A stretch of 64,000 nucleotides of DNA. Origin: Eledone cirrhosa. Its lineage: Eukaryota. The stretch spans positions 15,004,001-15,068,000 of the forward strand of contig OZ024756.1 of NCBI GenBank assembly GCA_964016885.1, in the 5' to 3' direction. Positions 25,343-40,834 of the stretch are shown here, in pieces. The notes beneath the pieces are model-generated. The model saw only the letters and a list, made by a program, of their open reading frames with translations, made no database searches and was not told the origin of the DNA. A program made the translations under genes and the position numbers. The stretch's first letter is position 1. Each line of letters opens with the position of its first letter.

Positions 25343-25702
25343 ATAAAAATAAATATATATATATAGTCAGATCTGCATATTAGCAGAGCCACTGATCAGC
25401 CAGATTTACAGATCAGCAGACTGGCCAGTCAGTTTCCTGTATACGAGTGATAAATGGCCGGCTTTGACACATTCAAAATAAAAAATAATAAAAACTTTAC
25501 CTGCCAACACAAGAATAAGAATGAAGGGTTCATTCTACTGACATGGCTTTAAAAATGAGGCTTGTTTGCATAATTGCAAACGTACCAAATGTTATTATTA
25601 ATATTCGAAAAACTCAGATTACATTTATTGTATTCAGCCATGTAGAGCGAACATTTTTTTTTCTTTTTATATATATACATATTCATATACATATATATAT
25701 AT

Positions 25703-25781
<79 letters not shown>

Positions 25782-26060
25782 TAAAAAACAATGAAATAAA
25801 AACAAAGAACAAGTTCCTTATATTAAAAAATTCACCATTTTACGATCGTTTCTGGGATGTATATGTGTGTTGGTATGTATGTTTTTATTAATTTATTTTG
25901 ACTTTGTTTTCCTATGACTTTTATCGTTAAGTTTTGAATGCATCTTTTCTTTTCATGATATCTTATATATTTGGATTACATTGAGTTCTTCATACGGATT
26001 GGACACTACCGTATATTTTGGTAGATTTATCTATATATATATATATATATATATATACAG

Positions 26061-26118
<58 letters not shown>

Positions 26119-27984
26119 TTATATATAGATATATATAGAGAGAGAGATAGATAGATACATGCTGCAAATATACTATATTATCTTATATTCAACTTACTCA
26201 GTGACGATTCAAATTATATGCTATGTAGTATTTGAAACGAGAAATAAATTTTAGTTGCTACCTTATCTTCCCTTTTATACAAAAAAAAAACCCCCCTCAT
26301 CATTATCGTCATGCACCTCCTAACCACAATTTCCATCGATTCCTCAATAAGCAGCACAAATACTCTGTCATTGCATACATTCCTTTAAATGTGTTATAGA
26401 GCTGAACACAGAATTGGCAGAGTCGTTAAAACATCAACTAGAATGCTTTGAGGTGTTTGTTCCAGTTTCCTGCGTTCTGAATGCCAATATCGTGCCAAGG
26501 TTGACTTTACCTTTCATCCTTTCGATGTCGGTAAAAAAAAAAAAGGGGTCCGTGTCGAGTAGTTCATCTCTACTTTACTAGCACTCTCTTTTTTCTCCTT
26601 CTCTGGAAGAAATCGTCTCCCCAAGAAGCCCCGCCCCGTATGTCATTACAGCGTCCCTTTACCATTCCACCAAAAGTTACATGTCTACACTTACATACGC
26701 TTTCATTACTTGTCAGCTCATATTACACAACAAATAATTTATTTCTAATGTTGGCTCAAGGCCAGCAATTACCCCAGTGTATTACTGGTGCTTTATTTTA
26801 TATCGACCCCCGAAAGGATGAAAGGCAAAGTTAACTTCGGCGGGATTTGAACTCAGAACGTAAAGGACCATAACTCTATGCTGCAAAGCATGTTTTCCAA
26901 TGCTCTACCGATTTTGCCAATCCACCGCCCAACAAATAATGTTAACTTTCCTGTGGTCTTTACTCAAATCATCGATAACCATCACTGAACAATGACAAAT
27001 AATTGCTACTGGCAATCCAATTTCAGTTCTTTTGATCATTTCCTCGAATTGAGAATATTTCTTTGCCATAAATCAGTGAATCGCAGCGTGAGACACCCCC
27101 CACCTCCACCCCCACTCCCACACACCCACACCCACACACACACCCCACACACACACCCCACACACACACACAGGGGAGCAATTTGCATATCCAAGGGAGG
27201 GTAATTTGAAAATGATGTTAATGAGAGCAAACTTCAGATTTTACCCTATTACTTTTACACCGAGGCAACTTATGGTCGGAAACACCTGTCTCACCTCCTC
27301 CATACATTTTATTGTACATCTGACATCACCTATACACTAATTTGTAGTTGATCATGGCTGTTTTTATATCAAAGTGGGGCATGTTTGAGATGTTGAGGCC
27401 GGGTATGGGGCACAAAAGGTTGGGAACCACTACCACAGATGAAGATAAATTACCATGATTTAATTCAGCTGGGTTAAATAGCGACAGTCGATCGACAAGA
27501 TCCCAGACCTCATTCACTTAACGAGTGGCCTGGAGCTCGTCAAATCAAACGAAAGAAACAATGTTTCCATTGGTCTTTCCAATTGCTAATACTATCTATC
27601 GGTCGCAACTCCAGGTAGAAGGAACAACCTGAAATAAAGTGTCTTGCTCAAGGACATAACGCATCACCCGGTCCAGGAATCGAACTCACAACCTCACGAT
27701 TCCCTAACCACTCAGCCATGTGCCTTCGATTAAATATATGCTTATATAAAATTGTTGATGTTCAAGATCACATGTTAATGTCCACCAACAGAATTTACTG
27801 TGTGCCATTGCTCAATTATTTACTGCTCTCTATAACCACCAATACATTTTTCTTTTCTTTTTTTATCTTTCTGCAATATTTATGGTCAGAATCGTAAAAA
27901 CATTTTGTCATTTTGACATTTTGTGTAGTAAAGAAAAAGTCAATTTTGTGCACACAGTGATGGAGTGCACAAAATTGACTTTAT

Positions 27985-28026
27985 ATATATATGTGTGTGT
28001 GTAGAGAGAGAGAGAGAGAGGGGGAG

Positions 28027-28093
<67 letters not shown>

Positions 28094-28470
28094 AATAGAT
28101 AAAGAGAGGAAAAGAGATTCATATACATATATGTGTGCGCGTGTGTGTGTAGAGACAGAGGGGGAAGAGAGAGGGGGAGACAGACAGACAGATAAGGAGA
28201 GGAAAAGAGATTCATATACATATATGTGTGCGCGTGGGTGTGTAGAGAGAGAGGGGGAGAGAGAGAGGGAGACAGACAGACAGATAAGGAGAGGAAAAGA
28301 GATTCATATACATATATATATATATATGTGTAGAGAGAGAGGGGGGGAAGGGAGAGAGAGAAGGGGGGAGGGAGGGAGAGAGAGAGAGAAGGGGAGAGGG
28401 AGAGAGAGAAATGGGGGGGACAGACAGACAGATAAAGAGAGGAAAAAAGATTCATATACATATATATATG
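27985..28470. repeat. (GA)n-rich ~90-bp degenerate tandem repeat
   Basis: Four repeats of GACAGATAA.GAGAGGAAAAGAGATTCATATACAT. Confidence 0.8.
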
Positions 28471-29185
28471 TGTCGTGTGTGTGTTTGTGTGTGTGTGTGT
28501 GTTTGTGTGTGTGTTTGTGTGTACAAAACCGGGGAGACACAGTACGATAAATGCCATTAGTTTAATGAAAAAGGAAAAGTGCCGTTTACGTTTCGGGCGT
28601 TATTCTTTCATCGAAAAGAAAACAATTACGACTACAACTGAGAGAGAGAGAGAGAAAGATAGAAAGAAAGAAAGCCAAATGAACGTGTGTATGTATTTAT
28701 GCATGTTTGTATGTATGTATGTGTGTATGTGTGTATGTGTGTATGTATATATGTGTGTATGTGTGTATGTGTGTATGTATATATGTGTGTATGTATATAT
28801 GTGTGTATGTGTGTATGTGTGTATGTGTGTATGTGTGCATGTGTGTAGGTGTGCATGTGGGCGTGTGTGTGTGTGTTGTTTTCCTATTTGTACTCATGTA
28901 TCTATTTATTTATATAGTGATATGTTTCTGATCGCAGTCTTATGTACATACACTCTGATATATGCTAATATATTTATATATGGGCAATTCTCTGATGCGC
29001 AGAAATATTGAGGTATATGTATAGAAGATACATATGAAAAATATATTAAAAGAAAACAAGGGCACATGTAATAATTATACGCGGGATATGAAGCCCGAAA
29101 TAAATGCATATGTAGCGATATATTTACATATATATCAGTGTGGGCATAAAGCAAAGCGATTGAAAGTGTATGAGCTAAAACAAGT

Positions 29186-29292
<107 letters not shown>

Positions 29293-29381
29293 TTGTGTGT
29301 TTGTACATTATATATATATATATATATATATATGTTATGAAATACTGTGGGCTTCACGCCCACAATAATTTCTATACTTTC

Positions 29382-29447
<66 letters not shown>

Positions 29448-29459
29448 ATAAACATATGT

Positions 29460-29496
<37 letters not shown>

Positions 29497-29541
29497 ATAT
29501 ACATATATATACATATATATATACATATACAATGTATATAT

Positions 29542-29588
<47 letters not shown>

Positions 29589-29611
29589 ATATACATATAT
29601 ATATGTGTGTG

Positions 29612-29662
<51 letters not shown>

Positions 29663-29687
29663 ATACATATATATATGTGTGTGTATG

Positions 29688-29723
<36 letters not shown>

Positions 29724-29731
29724 CATATATA

Positions 29732-29784
<53 letters not shown>

Positions 29785-29867
29785 ATATATATACATATAT
29801 ATATATATGTATACATATATTTATATATATATACATATATAATCATATATATACATATATAATCATA

Positions 29868-29902
<35 letters not shown>

Positions 29903-30093
29903 TCATACATATATACATATATACATACATACATATATATATATGTGTGTGCATGTATATCTATATATATATACAATAGATACATATCCATACATCTACA
30001 TATCTATATACATATATATATATGTGTGTGCATGTATATCTATATATATATACAATAGATACATATCCATACATCTACATATCTATATACATA

Positions 30094-30143
<50 letters not shown>

Positions 30144-30145
30144 TT

Positions 30146-30177
<32 letters not shown>

Positions 30178-30350
30178 CATATATATATAGATATATATAT
30201 ACATATATATATATATTCATATATATATATATCCATATATATATATCCATATATATATATATATCCTTATATATATATATCCATATATATATCCATATAT
30301 ATATATATCCATATATATATATATCCATATATATATATATATACATATAC

Positions 30351-30388
<38 letters not shown>

Positions 30389-31474
30389 GATATATACATA
30401 TATATACATATATATATATACAATATATACATATACATACATACATACATACATGCTTCCATACATATACATTTACATAAATACACGACTGTTTGTGTAT
30501 TTATGAGGGGGGCTCTACAAAACCCATCCGTCTGTATGATATATCCTTTCTCGCTCTTATCTACAGGTTTCTGTGTGTACGATGCTCTAATGTTATCTCG
30601 GTGGATTGGCAGTATCGGTAGAGGGTCGGACGCTATGCTTTGATGCATAGAGTTACGGCCCTTGCCATTCTGAGTTCGAATCCCGCCTTTCATCTTTGCC
30701 TTTCATTCTTACGGGGTCGATAAAATAAAGTACCAGTAATACACTGGGTATTTGCTTTGCCTTTCATCCTTACGGGGTCGATAAAATAAAGTACCAGTAA
30801 TGCACTGGGTAATTGCTGGCCTTGTGCCAAAAGTATAAACAATTATTTACTGCAAAATCATTTGATTTGCAGTAATCGGTAGAGCGTCAGTAACATGCTT
30901 TGCAGCATGGAGGTTAGCTTTGCCTTTCATCCTTACAGGGTCTGTAAACCACACAAAATTAATATACATTATTTAAGCATAGTTACGTCCCTTTACGATC
31001 TGAGTTCAAATCCCGCCGAGGTTGACTTTGCCTTTCATCCTTACGGGGTCGATAAAATAAAGTACCAGTAATGCACTGGGTAATTGCTGGCCTTGTGCCT
31101 AAAGTAGAAACAAGTAATGCACTGTGTAATTGCTGGCCTTGTGCCTAAAGTAGAAACAATTATTTATACATACAGGGTGGTGGATTTGCAGTATCGGTAG
31201 AGGGTCGGACGCCATGCTTTCCAGCATAGTTACGTCCCTTTACGATCTGAGTTCAAATCCCGCCGATGTTGACTTTGCCTTTCATCCTTACGGGGTCGAT
31301 AAAATAAAGTACCAGTAATACACTGGGTAATTGCTGGCCTTGTGCCAAAGAGTAGAAACAGTTATCTACATTCCTACAGTAAGTCTCACCACGTCGTTAG
31401 TACTGCTCATTGTTACTATGAAAGGTGCTGATAGTGGGGAAACAGTCATTTTTTCTTATATATATACACACATA

Positions 31475-31997
31475 CAGTTGACCCCCGGTATTCGCGGGGG
31501 TTACGTTTCTAGAGCAGCACACGCGAAGAGTAAAAAGATCGCGAATATTGGACGTGCTCCATAGAAATGCCTATAAATGGCAAAACTTAACGTAAAATAT
31601 AAGGCTGAAATGCAGTACAGGGTGTTTCAAAAAATTTGATATCAATGGCGTGTTCCCAAGGTTAATTAATGTTATAACGTGGACATGTTTTGAGGAATAA
31701 ACCTTGTGTTACTCAACATGGAGCCTGATTAGGCTCGTTGTCCTAGACCTTGTAGTTTCTGGGATATTTACATCTCAAATGATATTAAACTTTTTGAAAC
31801 ACCCTGCATATAACAGTATATTAATAATTTAGCGTTAAAATGTGTGAAAAATATATATTGCCACGAAAAAAGCCATAAAATATCGCGGAAGATATTTACG
31901 ATTCCGCGAATATGCGGTGGTTTCCACGAACAATTATTAGTTAGGTTCTAAGGAAAATCCGCGAATAGCCGGGACCGCGATCACCGGGGTTACACTG
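31475..31997. mobile_element. pogo/Tigger-like MITE with a nested mariner-like MITE (31618-31806)
   Basis: TA-CAGTTGACCCCCGG...CCGGGGTTACACTG-TA. Inner TIRs CAGGGTGTTTCAAAAA/TTTTTGAAACACCCTG. Sister copies lie at 49058-49423 and, partially, 10583-10637. Confidence 0.82.
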
Positions 31998-32039
31998 TAT
32001 ATACCAGGTCCGAACACAAAAGAACTAAACTCCATCTTT

Positions 32040-33265
32040 CCCGCTTTCCTCCATCTCTCACTATTGTGATCAAATATGGGGCCCACGTGCTGGCCGCCCC
32101 CACGGCTCTGGTTGACAGAGAAAAGAAGACGTTTCCCCAGAGGATGGTGAGGGAGAGGCGATGGAAGGGCCATTCCAGCTCGCGGGGCTTACACCTGCGC
32201 GTAAAGAACTCTGTGCCGATGGTGGTGAGTAAGGCGGTGGCCCTAGGGTCAAGGACACCAGAAGTCTTCACTGCTACGGGCTCGACCACAAACATGATGG
32301 AGAGCGACCGATATTTGAAGTCTTCACTGCTACGGGCTCGACCACAAACATGCTGGAGAGCGACCGATATTTGAAGTCTTCACTGCTACGGGCTCGACCA
32401 CGACCATGCTGGAGAGCGACCGATATCTGAAGTCTTCACTGCTACAAGGCTCGACCACAAACATGATGGAGAGCGACCGATATTTGAAGTCTTCACTGCT
32501 ACGGGCTCGACCACAACCATGCTGGAGAGCGACCGATATTTGAAGTCTTCACTGCTACGGGCTCGACCACAAACATGCTGGAGAGCGACCGATATTTGAA
32601 GTCTTCACTGCTACGGGCTCGACCACAAACATGCTGGAGAACGACCGATATCTGAAGTCTTCACTGCTACGGGCTCGACCACAAACATGCTGGAGAGCGA
32701 CCGATATCTGAAGTCTTCACTGCTACGGGCTCGACCACAAACATGCTGGAGAACGACCGATATCTGAAGTCTTCACTGCTACGGGCTCGACCACAAACAT
32801 GCTGGAGAACGACCGATATCTGAAGTCTTCACTGCTACGGGCTCGACCACAACCATGCTGGAGAACGACCGATATCTGAAGTCTTCACTGCTACGGGCTC
32901 GACCACAACCATGCTGGAGAGCGACCGATATCTGAAGTCTTCACTGCTACGGGCTCGACCACAACCATGCTGGAGAGCGACCGATATCTGAAGTCTTCAC
33001 TGCTACGGGCTCGACCACAAACGTGTCGCAGTGTGACCGATATTTGAAGAGTTTACCCTCTTCGGCCCGAAGTGCAGCAGAGTCTGGGTTAGTCGCAGAC
33101 TGCACCAGGTTGCTGCTGGAGAATATGTCGCAGCATGTGGCATCCCAGATGAGGGGGTTTACCACCGTGGAACGAGAAGAGGGTCCTGCCCTCTTGCTTT
33201 TGTCGTGATTACATTTCTATCGAAGAGTTGGTTTCTCTGTGACCGTGGGCGGCTGAGAGTCGAGT
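32040..33265 (-). mobile_element. CRE-type non-LTR element 3' end (RLE endonuclease) interrupted by a 56-bp minisatellite
   Basis: GGKPLIWDATCCD..AALRAEEGKLFKY..FVVEPVAVKTSGVL..RELEW..RLSLTILWGN. Confidence 0.8.
32261..33048. repeat. 56-bp minisatellite, about 14 copies
   Basis: Unit GAAGTCTTCACTGCTACGGGCTCGACCACAAACATGCTGGAGAGCGACCGATATYT. Confidence 0.95.
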
Positions 33266-33278
33266 GGCTCAAATGTGT

Positions 33279-33343
<65 letters not shown>

Positions 33344-33361
33344 CGTGAATATGTTTGTGAG

Positions 33362-33402
<41 letters not shown>

Positions 33403-33408
<6 letters not shown>

Positions 33409-33583
33409 AGGATGAATATAAAATGAAAGTGCTTTTGTTAAAAAAGGAATTTATACTTGCTAACATTATATGATTACGCAAGCAGCGATACATAGGTATT
33501 CGGTCTGTTACAGAAACATATGTCAATACCTAATAAATTCCTTTTTTAACAAAAGCACTTTCATTTTATATTCATCCTTTCTA
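33403..33583. repeat. Fold-back element with ~48-bp perfect arms and an HHR remnant
   Basis: Arms at 33403-33451 and 33533-33583. Interior TAGGTATT...GAAA-CATATG-TC-AATACCTA lacks the CTGANGA box. Confidence 0.75.
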
Positions 33584-33760
33584 CATTTCTCCGGAATATA
33601 ATTTATACTCGTTGAGCAAACCTGCACGTACGCTGTTCATCTCTAACGTAACGATATATTATCACTACATTATTGATAACCTGAAATTTTATATATATAT
33701 ATATATGTATATATGTATATGTGCATGTGTTTGTGTGTGCATGTGTGAATATGTTTGTGA

Positions 33761-33808
<48 letters not shown>

Positions 33809-34077
33809 TTAAGGATACTATTTAAGGTTATGTATATACTAAAACTTTTTATAGTTATATATATTTTAAACCCTAAACAGTGAAAGACAGTAATTTATTA
33901 CTACCTTATTACCAGTAAGATAAATAGCTTAATGTAATAACTGTTTCTACTTTAGGCACAAGGCCAGCAATTACCCAGTGCATTACTGGTACTTTATGTT
34001 ATCGACCCCGTAATCAGTTGTTCGACAGAGCTGTTATATAGAAATTACATGAATCAAAGTTCAGTTCAAAGCATTTA

Positions 34078-34128
34078 TTAGCTTACAATTGTTTCGTCCA
34101 AACCGAGGTATGGAATCTTCGGAGCAAT
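34078..34128 (-). ncRNA. HHR-like motif with CCGAAGA core
   Basis: Minus strand: GCT-CCGAAGA-T-TCCATACC tc GGTTTGGA-C-GAAA-CAATTG-TA-AGC. Confidence 0.55.
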
Positions 34129-34484
34129 TTTTCAATGATTGTTTACATACATGACCTACTTTCCAACACAAGAGACATACAGAAACATATGTATATATCG
34201 ATGCACAGTAGGGTGACATCCATTATAATATTTTAGCATGGCAATTTACATATATATATATATATATGTATATATATATGTATATATATGTGCATGTCTT
34301 TGTGTGTATATGCATGTGCATGTGTGAATATGTTTGTGAGTCAATATATATATATATATTTGTGTGTGTATACGTGTGCATGCGTGAATATGTTTGTGAG
34401 TCTATATATATATATGTATATATATATGTATGTATATGTGCATGTGTGTGTATGCGTGTGCATGTGTGAATATGTTTGTGAGTC

Positions 34485-34527
<43 letters not shown>

Positions 34528-34560
34528 ATGCATGTGCATGTGTGAATATGTTTGTGAGTC

Positions 34561-34592
<32 letters not shown>

Positions 34593-34638
34593 TATGTGTA
34601 TGTGTTTGCGTGTGCATGCGTGAATATGTTTGTGAGTC

Positions 34639-34673
<35 letters not shown>

Positions 34674-34782
34674 ATATATATATGTATATATATATGTATA
34701 TATGTGCATGTTTTTGTGTGTGTATGCGAGTGCATGTGTGAATATGTTTGTGTATCTATATATATATGTATATATATATGTA

Positions 34783-34850
<68 letters not shown>

Positions 34851-34853
<3 letters not shown>

Positions 34854-36620
34854 TCTTTTACTCTTTTACCTGTTTCAGCCATCCGGCTGAGGCCATGCTG
34901 GGGCACCGCCCTTGTTGCTACACATTTTATCTCCAGCCTGTATAGGTTGGCCACTGGTGTAGGAGGGAGTTTGTTGCTGCTGCCCTTAGGTTTCCCTCGT
35001 GTCTTGCTGTGGGCTCATCCGGGATCCTGGATAACAAGGTGTCGAGATGTTTCTTAAAGACATCCACCTCCACGTCATGCAAGTCTCGCAGATGCCTCGG
35101 CAGCCTGTTGAAGAGTTGAGGGCCCTTGAATCCCAGGCTATTGCAATACCTGCTCCTTATTCTAGATGTGGAAGACGGGACCTTTGGCACCACACAGTGA
35201 CGTCCTGTTCGACGGTTGGTCCAGCTCCCAATGCCAAAGTTTGGTGCTAGTCCCTCCAGGATTTTCCACATGTAGATCACTGCGTATCTCTCCCGTCTTC
35301 GCTCCAAGGAGTAGAGGTTCAGTTCCTTCAGCCTCTCCCAGTAGCTTGTCTCCCTCATCTTGGCAATCCTCTTGGTGTAGCTTCGCTGGATTGCCTCAAG
35401 CTCTGTGGTTAGTTTGACACTATGGGGTGACCACAGCTGGGAGCAGTAGTCCAGGCGGCTTAGGACAAAAGTCCTCCACAGTGTCAACATGGTGTCTCGA
35501 TCTCTTGTAAGGAAAGTCCTCAAGATCCAGCCAGCGAATCGTCTACATGCTGTCGCCACCTTCATGATGTGTGAAGAAAAAGATGCATCATCGCTCATGT
35601 CTATGCCCAGGTCTCGTATCGATTTTGACACGGGGATATCGGTCCCTCCTGGTCCTGTGTAGCTGTGTTCCGCTATATTTGTGTTTGTGTTTGCAGGTTT
35701 GTATTGTAGGGCTTGGAATTTGCCAGCATTAAACTGCATGTTGTTTTCTTCCGCCCATCTGTATATGGCATCCAGATCCTGCTGTAAGAGGGCAGCGTCA
35801 GCCGGGTTTTTGATTGCCTGTGCTACCTTAGTGTCATCAGCATAGCTAGTGAGGGATGTTGTTGCATGCACCACAGAGGGCATGTCCGAGAGAGCCACCA
35901 AAAACAGTAGTGGTCCCAGGACTGTCCCCTGAGGCACCCCACTTGTTATCGGTGTCTCCCTCGAGAGGGCCCTATTTGCTGCGACTGCCTGGCTTCTGTC
36001 CCTCAGGAAGCCATGCAGCCACTCACCTACTTTTCCAGTTATGCCGAGTCCGTGTAGTTTGTGACATATCATTCCGTGGTCGACCTTGTCAAAGGCCTTC
36101 GCAAAGTCAAGATATATCACGTCTACATGTGAGCTGTCTAGTAGCTGTCTCAGTACCCAGTCGTAGTGATGTAGCAGCTGTGTAAGGCAGCTTCTTCCTG
36201 GGCGGAAGCCATGTTGCGTGCTAGTCAGGCGATCATTTTCTTCGAGGAAAGTGATTAGTTTCTTTCTGACGACTCGCTCCATGACCTTACTGATATGCGA
36301 CGTCAGGGAGACTGGCCTATAGTTCTTGGCCTCCGCTCTACTACCTCCTTTATGGATAGGGCATATTGTGCCTTCTTTCAGCTCCCCGGGTAGTACACCG
36401 CTAGCCAAGGAGCTTCTGAAGAGCATCTTCAGTGGAGTTGCTAAGGCCCGCTTACATATTTTTAGGAGAACTGCTGGGAATCCATCAGGTCCAGCAGCCG
36501 AGTCTGTTCTAATTTCATCAATGGCGTACACCACATCCTCCTCCGTTATGTCTATGTGGTTGATGGTTGCCATTTCTTGATGTAGTGTTGTGGCATCAAA
36601 GAACTCCTCTGGCTTCGTTA
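34851..36620 (-). mobile_element. 5'-truncated CR1-clade LINE with an uninterrupted RT ORF (34927-36620)
   Basis: [62 protein letters not shown]. The 3' UTR GGCGGTGCCCCAGCATGGCC...GCTGAAAC ends in (TAAAAGAG)2. Inserted in (TA)n. Confidence 0.93.
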
Positions 36621-36633
36621 TTTGCATATATAT

Positions 36634-36688
<55 letters not shown>

Positions 36689-36888
36689 TATATATATATG
36701 TATATATATATGTATATGTGTGCATGTTTTTGTGTGTGTATGCGTGTGCATGTGTGAATATGTTTGTGTGTCTGTATATATATGTATATATATATATATG
36801 TATATGTGCATGTGTTTGTGTGTGTATGCGTGTATATGCGTGTGCATGTGTGAATATGTTTGTGAGTCTATATATATATATATATGTG

Positions 36889-36941
<53 letters not shown>

Positions 36942-37239
36942 GTATGTATATATGTGTGTGTATATAAATGCGTGTGTATATTACTCATCGTCAGCTATTC
37001 AGATATTAGTTATACATGCTTGCATTCATCTTACTCCTAACTACATTATACACACTGTAATGATATATACCCTACATTATATATCCTATACATCTCGATT
37101 TCTGGCTATTTAATGTGTTTACATGTGTATATAGAGCTGGGTATATATGGATATATATGTATATAATGTATGTACATATGTGCATAGAGCTATGTATATG
37201 TATATGTATTTACATTTGCATACATAGCTATGCACATGT

Positions 37240-37329
<90 letters not shown>

Positions 37330-37440
37330 ATAATGTATTTACATATGTATATATAGGTATGTATATGTATATATATATATATATATGTGTGCGTGTGTGT
37401 GTATAATGTATTTACATATGTATATGTAGGTATGTATATG

Positions 37441-37471
<31 letters not shown>

Positions 37472-37511
37472 GTGTGTGAGTGTATAATGTATTTACATAT
37501 GTATGTATAGG

Positions 37512-37566
<55 letters not shown>

Positions 37567-37588
37567 AATGTATTTACATATGTATATG

Positions 37589-37666
<78 letters not shown>

Positions 37667-37845
37667 ATGTATTTACATATGTATATATAGATATGTATAT
37701 GTATATATGTATATATATGTGTGTGTGTGTGTGTGTATAATATATTTACGTATGTATATGTAGGTATGTATATGTATATATATACATATATGTGTGTGTG
37801 TGTGTGTGTAATGTATTTACATATGTATATGTAGGTATTTATATG

Positions 37846-37889
<44 letters not shown>

Positions 37890-37981
37890 GTATTTACATA
37901 TGTATATGTAGGTATGTATATGTATATATATATATATGTGTGTATAATGTATTTACATATGTATATATAGGTATATATATG

Positions 37982-38018
<37 letters not shown>

Positions 38019-38050
38019 ATAATGTATTTACATATGTATATGTAGGTAGG

Positions 38051-38082
<32 letters not shown>

Positions 38083-38254
38083 CATATGTGTGTGTATAAT
38101 GTATTTACAAATGTATATATGGGTATGTATATGTGTATATAGAGCTATGTATATGTGTATCAATATGACTATGCGGGTATGTAAATATTTGTATTTACAC
38201 GAAGGTTTACGACCATTATCATTGTACACCCACCCACCCACGCATGTATGTATG

Positions 38255-38302
<48 letters not shown>

Positions 38303-38311
38303 TATATATAA

Positions 38312-38354
<43 letters not shown>

Positions 38355-38370
38355 CACATATGAATGTATA

Positions 38371-38428
<58 letters not shown>

Positions 38429-38433
38429 TACAA

Positions 38434-38499
<66 letters not shown>

Positions 38500-38573
38500 T
38501 TTTGAAGTTTGTAGATTTCTATGTACGTAATTGTGTTTATGTCTAAATATTTGTATTTTGGTAGATATGTATG

Positions 38574-38638
<65 letters not shown>

Positions 38639-38646
38639 TTATTTAT

Positions 38647-39231
<585 letters not shown>

Positions 39232-39261
39232 TATATATATACACATATATGTATATATATC

Positions 39262-39296
<35 letters not shown>

Positions 39297-39327
39297 CTAT
39301 ATATACACATATATATATATATACACA

Positions 39328-39403
<76 letters not shown>

Positions 39404-39405
39404 TC

Positions 39406-39440
<35 letters not shown>

Positions 39441-39546
39441 GCCTCTGATATGGTGCATGTTTGATCGCTCTGCTTTGTGCACATGCAAATATATCGATAC
39501 ATATGCATTTGCTTGCTCATTAATACTTCATCCTTTATAATCTATT

Positions 39547-39627
<81 letters not shown>

Positions 39628-39648
39628 CTTTCCGACGGAAATACTTCA

Positions 39649-39682
<34 letters not shown>

Positions 39683-39835
39683 CACTTTTATCTACTTCAT
39701 CTTAGTTGCCTCTATATTGTGTACGCATATCTATGAATGTCAACTTGTATGCATGTAAACACATGATGTGTGAGTGTATATGTACTTACATACATACATA
39801 CATATATATATATAGATATATACATATATATAAAC

Positions 39836-39868
<33 letters not shown>

Positions 39869-39916
39869 AATACATCTGTGTATGTAAATGTACGTACATA
39901 CATATATATATATATG

Positions 39917-39947
<31 letters not shown>

Positions 39948-39951
39948 ATAT

Positions 39952-39987
<36 letters not shown>

Positions 39988-40081
39988 ATATAATATATAT
40001 ATATATATAATATAATATATATATATATATATAATATATATATAATATATAAGATCAAAAGATGGTTAAAAGAGTTCCATG

Positions 40082-40152
40082 TATTTTATTATGCGCATTT
40101 CAAAAACAAATATCATCATGCAATAACATTTGTGTTTTCATCAGATAAAATA
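40082..40152 (-). ncRNA. Complete minimal type I hammerhead ribozyme
   Basis: TATTTTAT-CTGATGA-AAACACAAATGTTAT tgcatg ATGATATTTGTTTTT-GAAA-TGCGCA-TA-ATAAAATA. Confidence 0.8.
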
Positions 40153-40258
40153 GGAAGACATGATATGAAGGTTAAAAACCACTTGTGGATAGTGCAGTTT
40201 TAAATCAACATATCCGATATCTGCATTGCTTTATTGTACTACAATAAAACTCACCTCC

Positions 40259-40293
<35 letters not shown>

Positions 40294-40336
40294 GTATAAA
40301 TATATATTGGCAACATGACCCTCCCAAAGTATAACA

Positions 40337-40396
<60 letters not shown>

Positions 40397-40487
40397 ATAT
40401 ACCTATACATTCATATGTGTATATACATATATATCGATATGAATGTATATACGTACGTATATATGCATATAAATATATATATATATA

Positions 40488-40834
40488 TACGATATTAATA
40501 AATGGAAACTATAATTATAAAACCATATTTATTTCATTATACATATTTCAGGGATACCAAATTAAATTATGGTATGCCTTCATCAGACAAAATACAATAT
40601 ATAACAGTTTTACAAATAAGCTTTGACGTACCCTATTAAAATGCAACCAAAAATAATGGCTTCAAAAAATAATGGTTGCATTTTAATAGGGTACGTCAAA
40701 GCTTATTTGTAAAACTGTTATATATTGTATTTTGTCTGATGAAGGCATACCATAATTTAATTTGGTATCCCTGAAATATGTATAATGAAATAAATATGGT
40801 TTTATAAATATAGTCTCCATTTATTAATATCGTA
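40488..40834. mobile_element. ~160-bp-arm inverted repeat with a family A HHR on each strand (plus 40728-40792, minus about 40530-40594)
   Basis: CTGATGA-AGGCATACCA..TGGTATCCCT-GAAA-TATGTA-TA. Flanked by ~85-bp direct repeats at 40390-40475 and 40952-41035. Confidence 0.85.
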
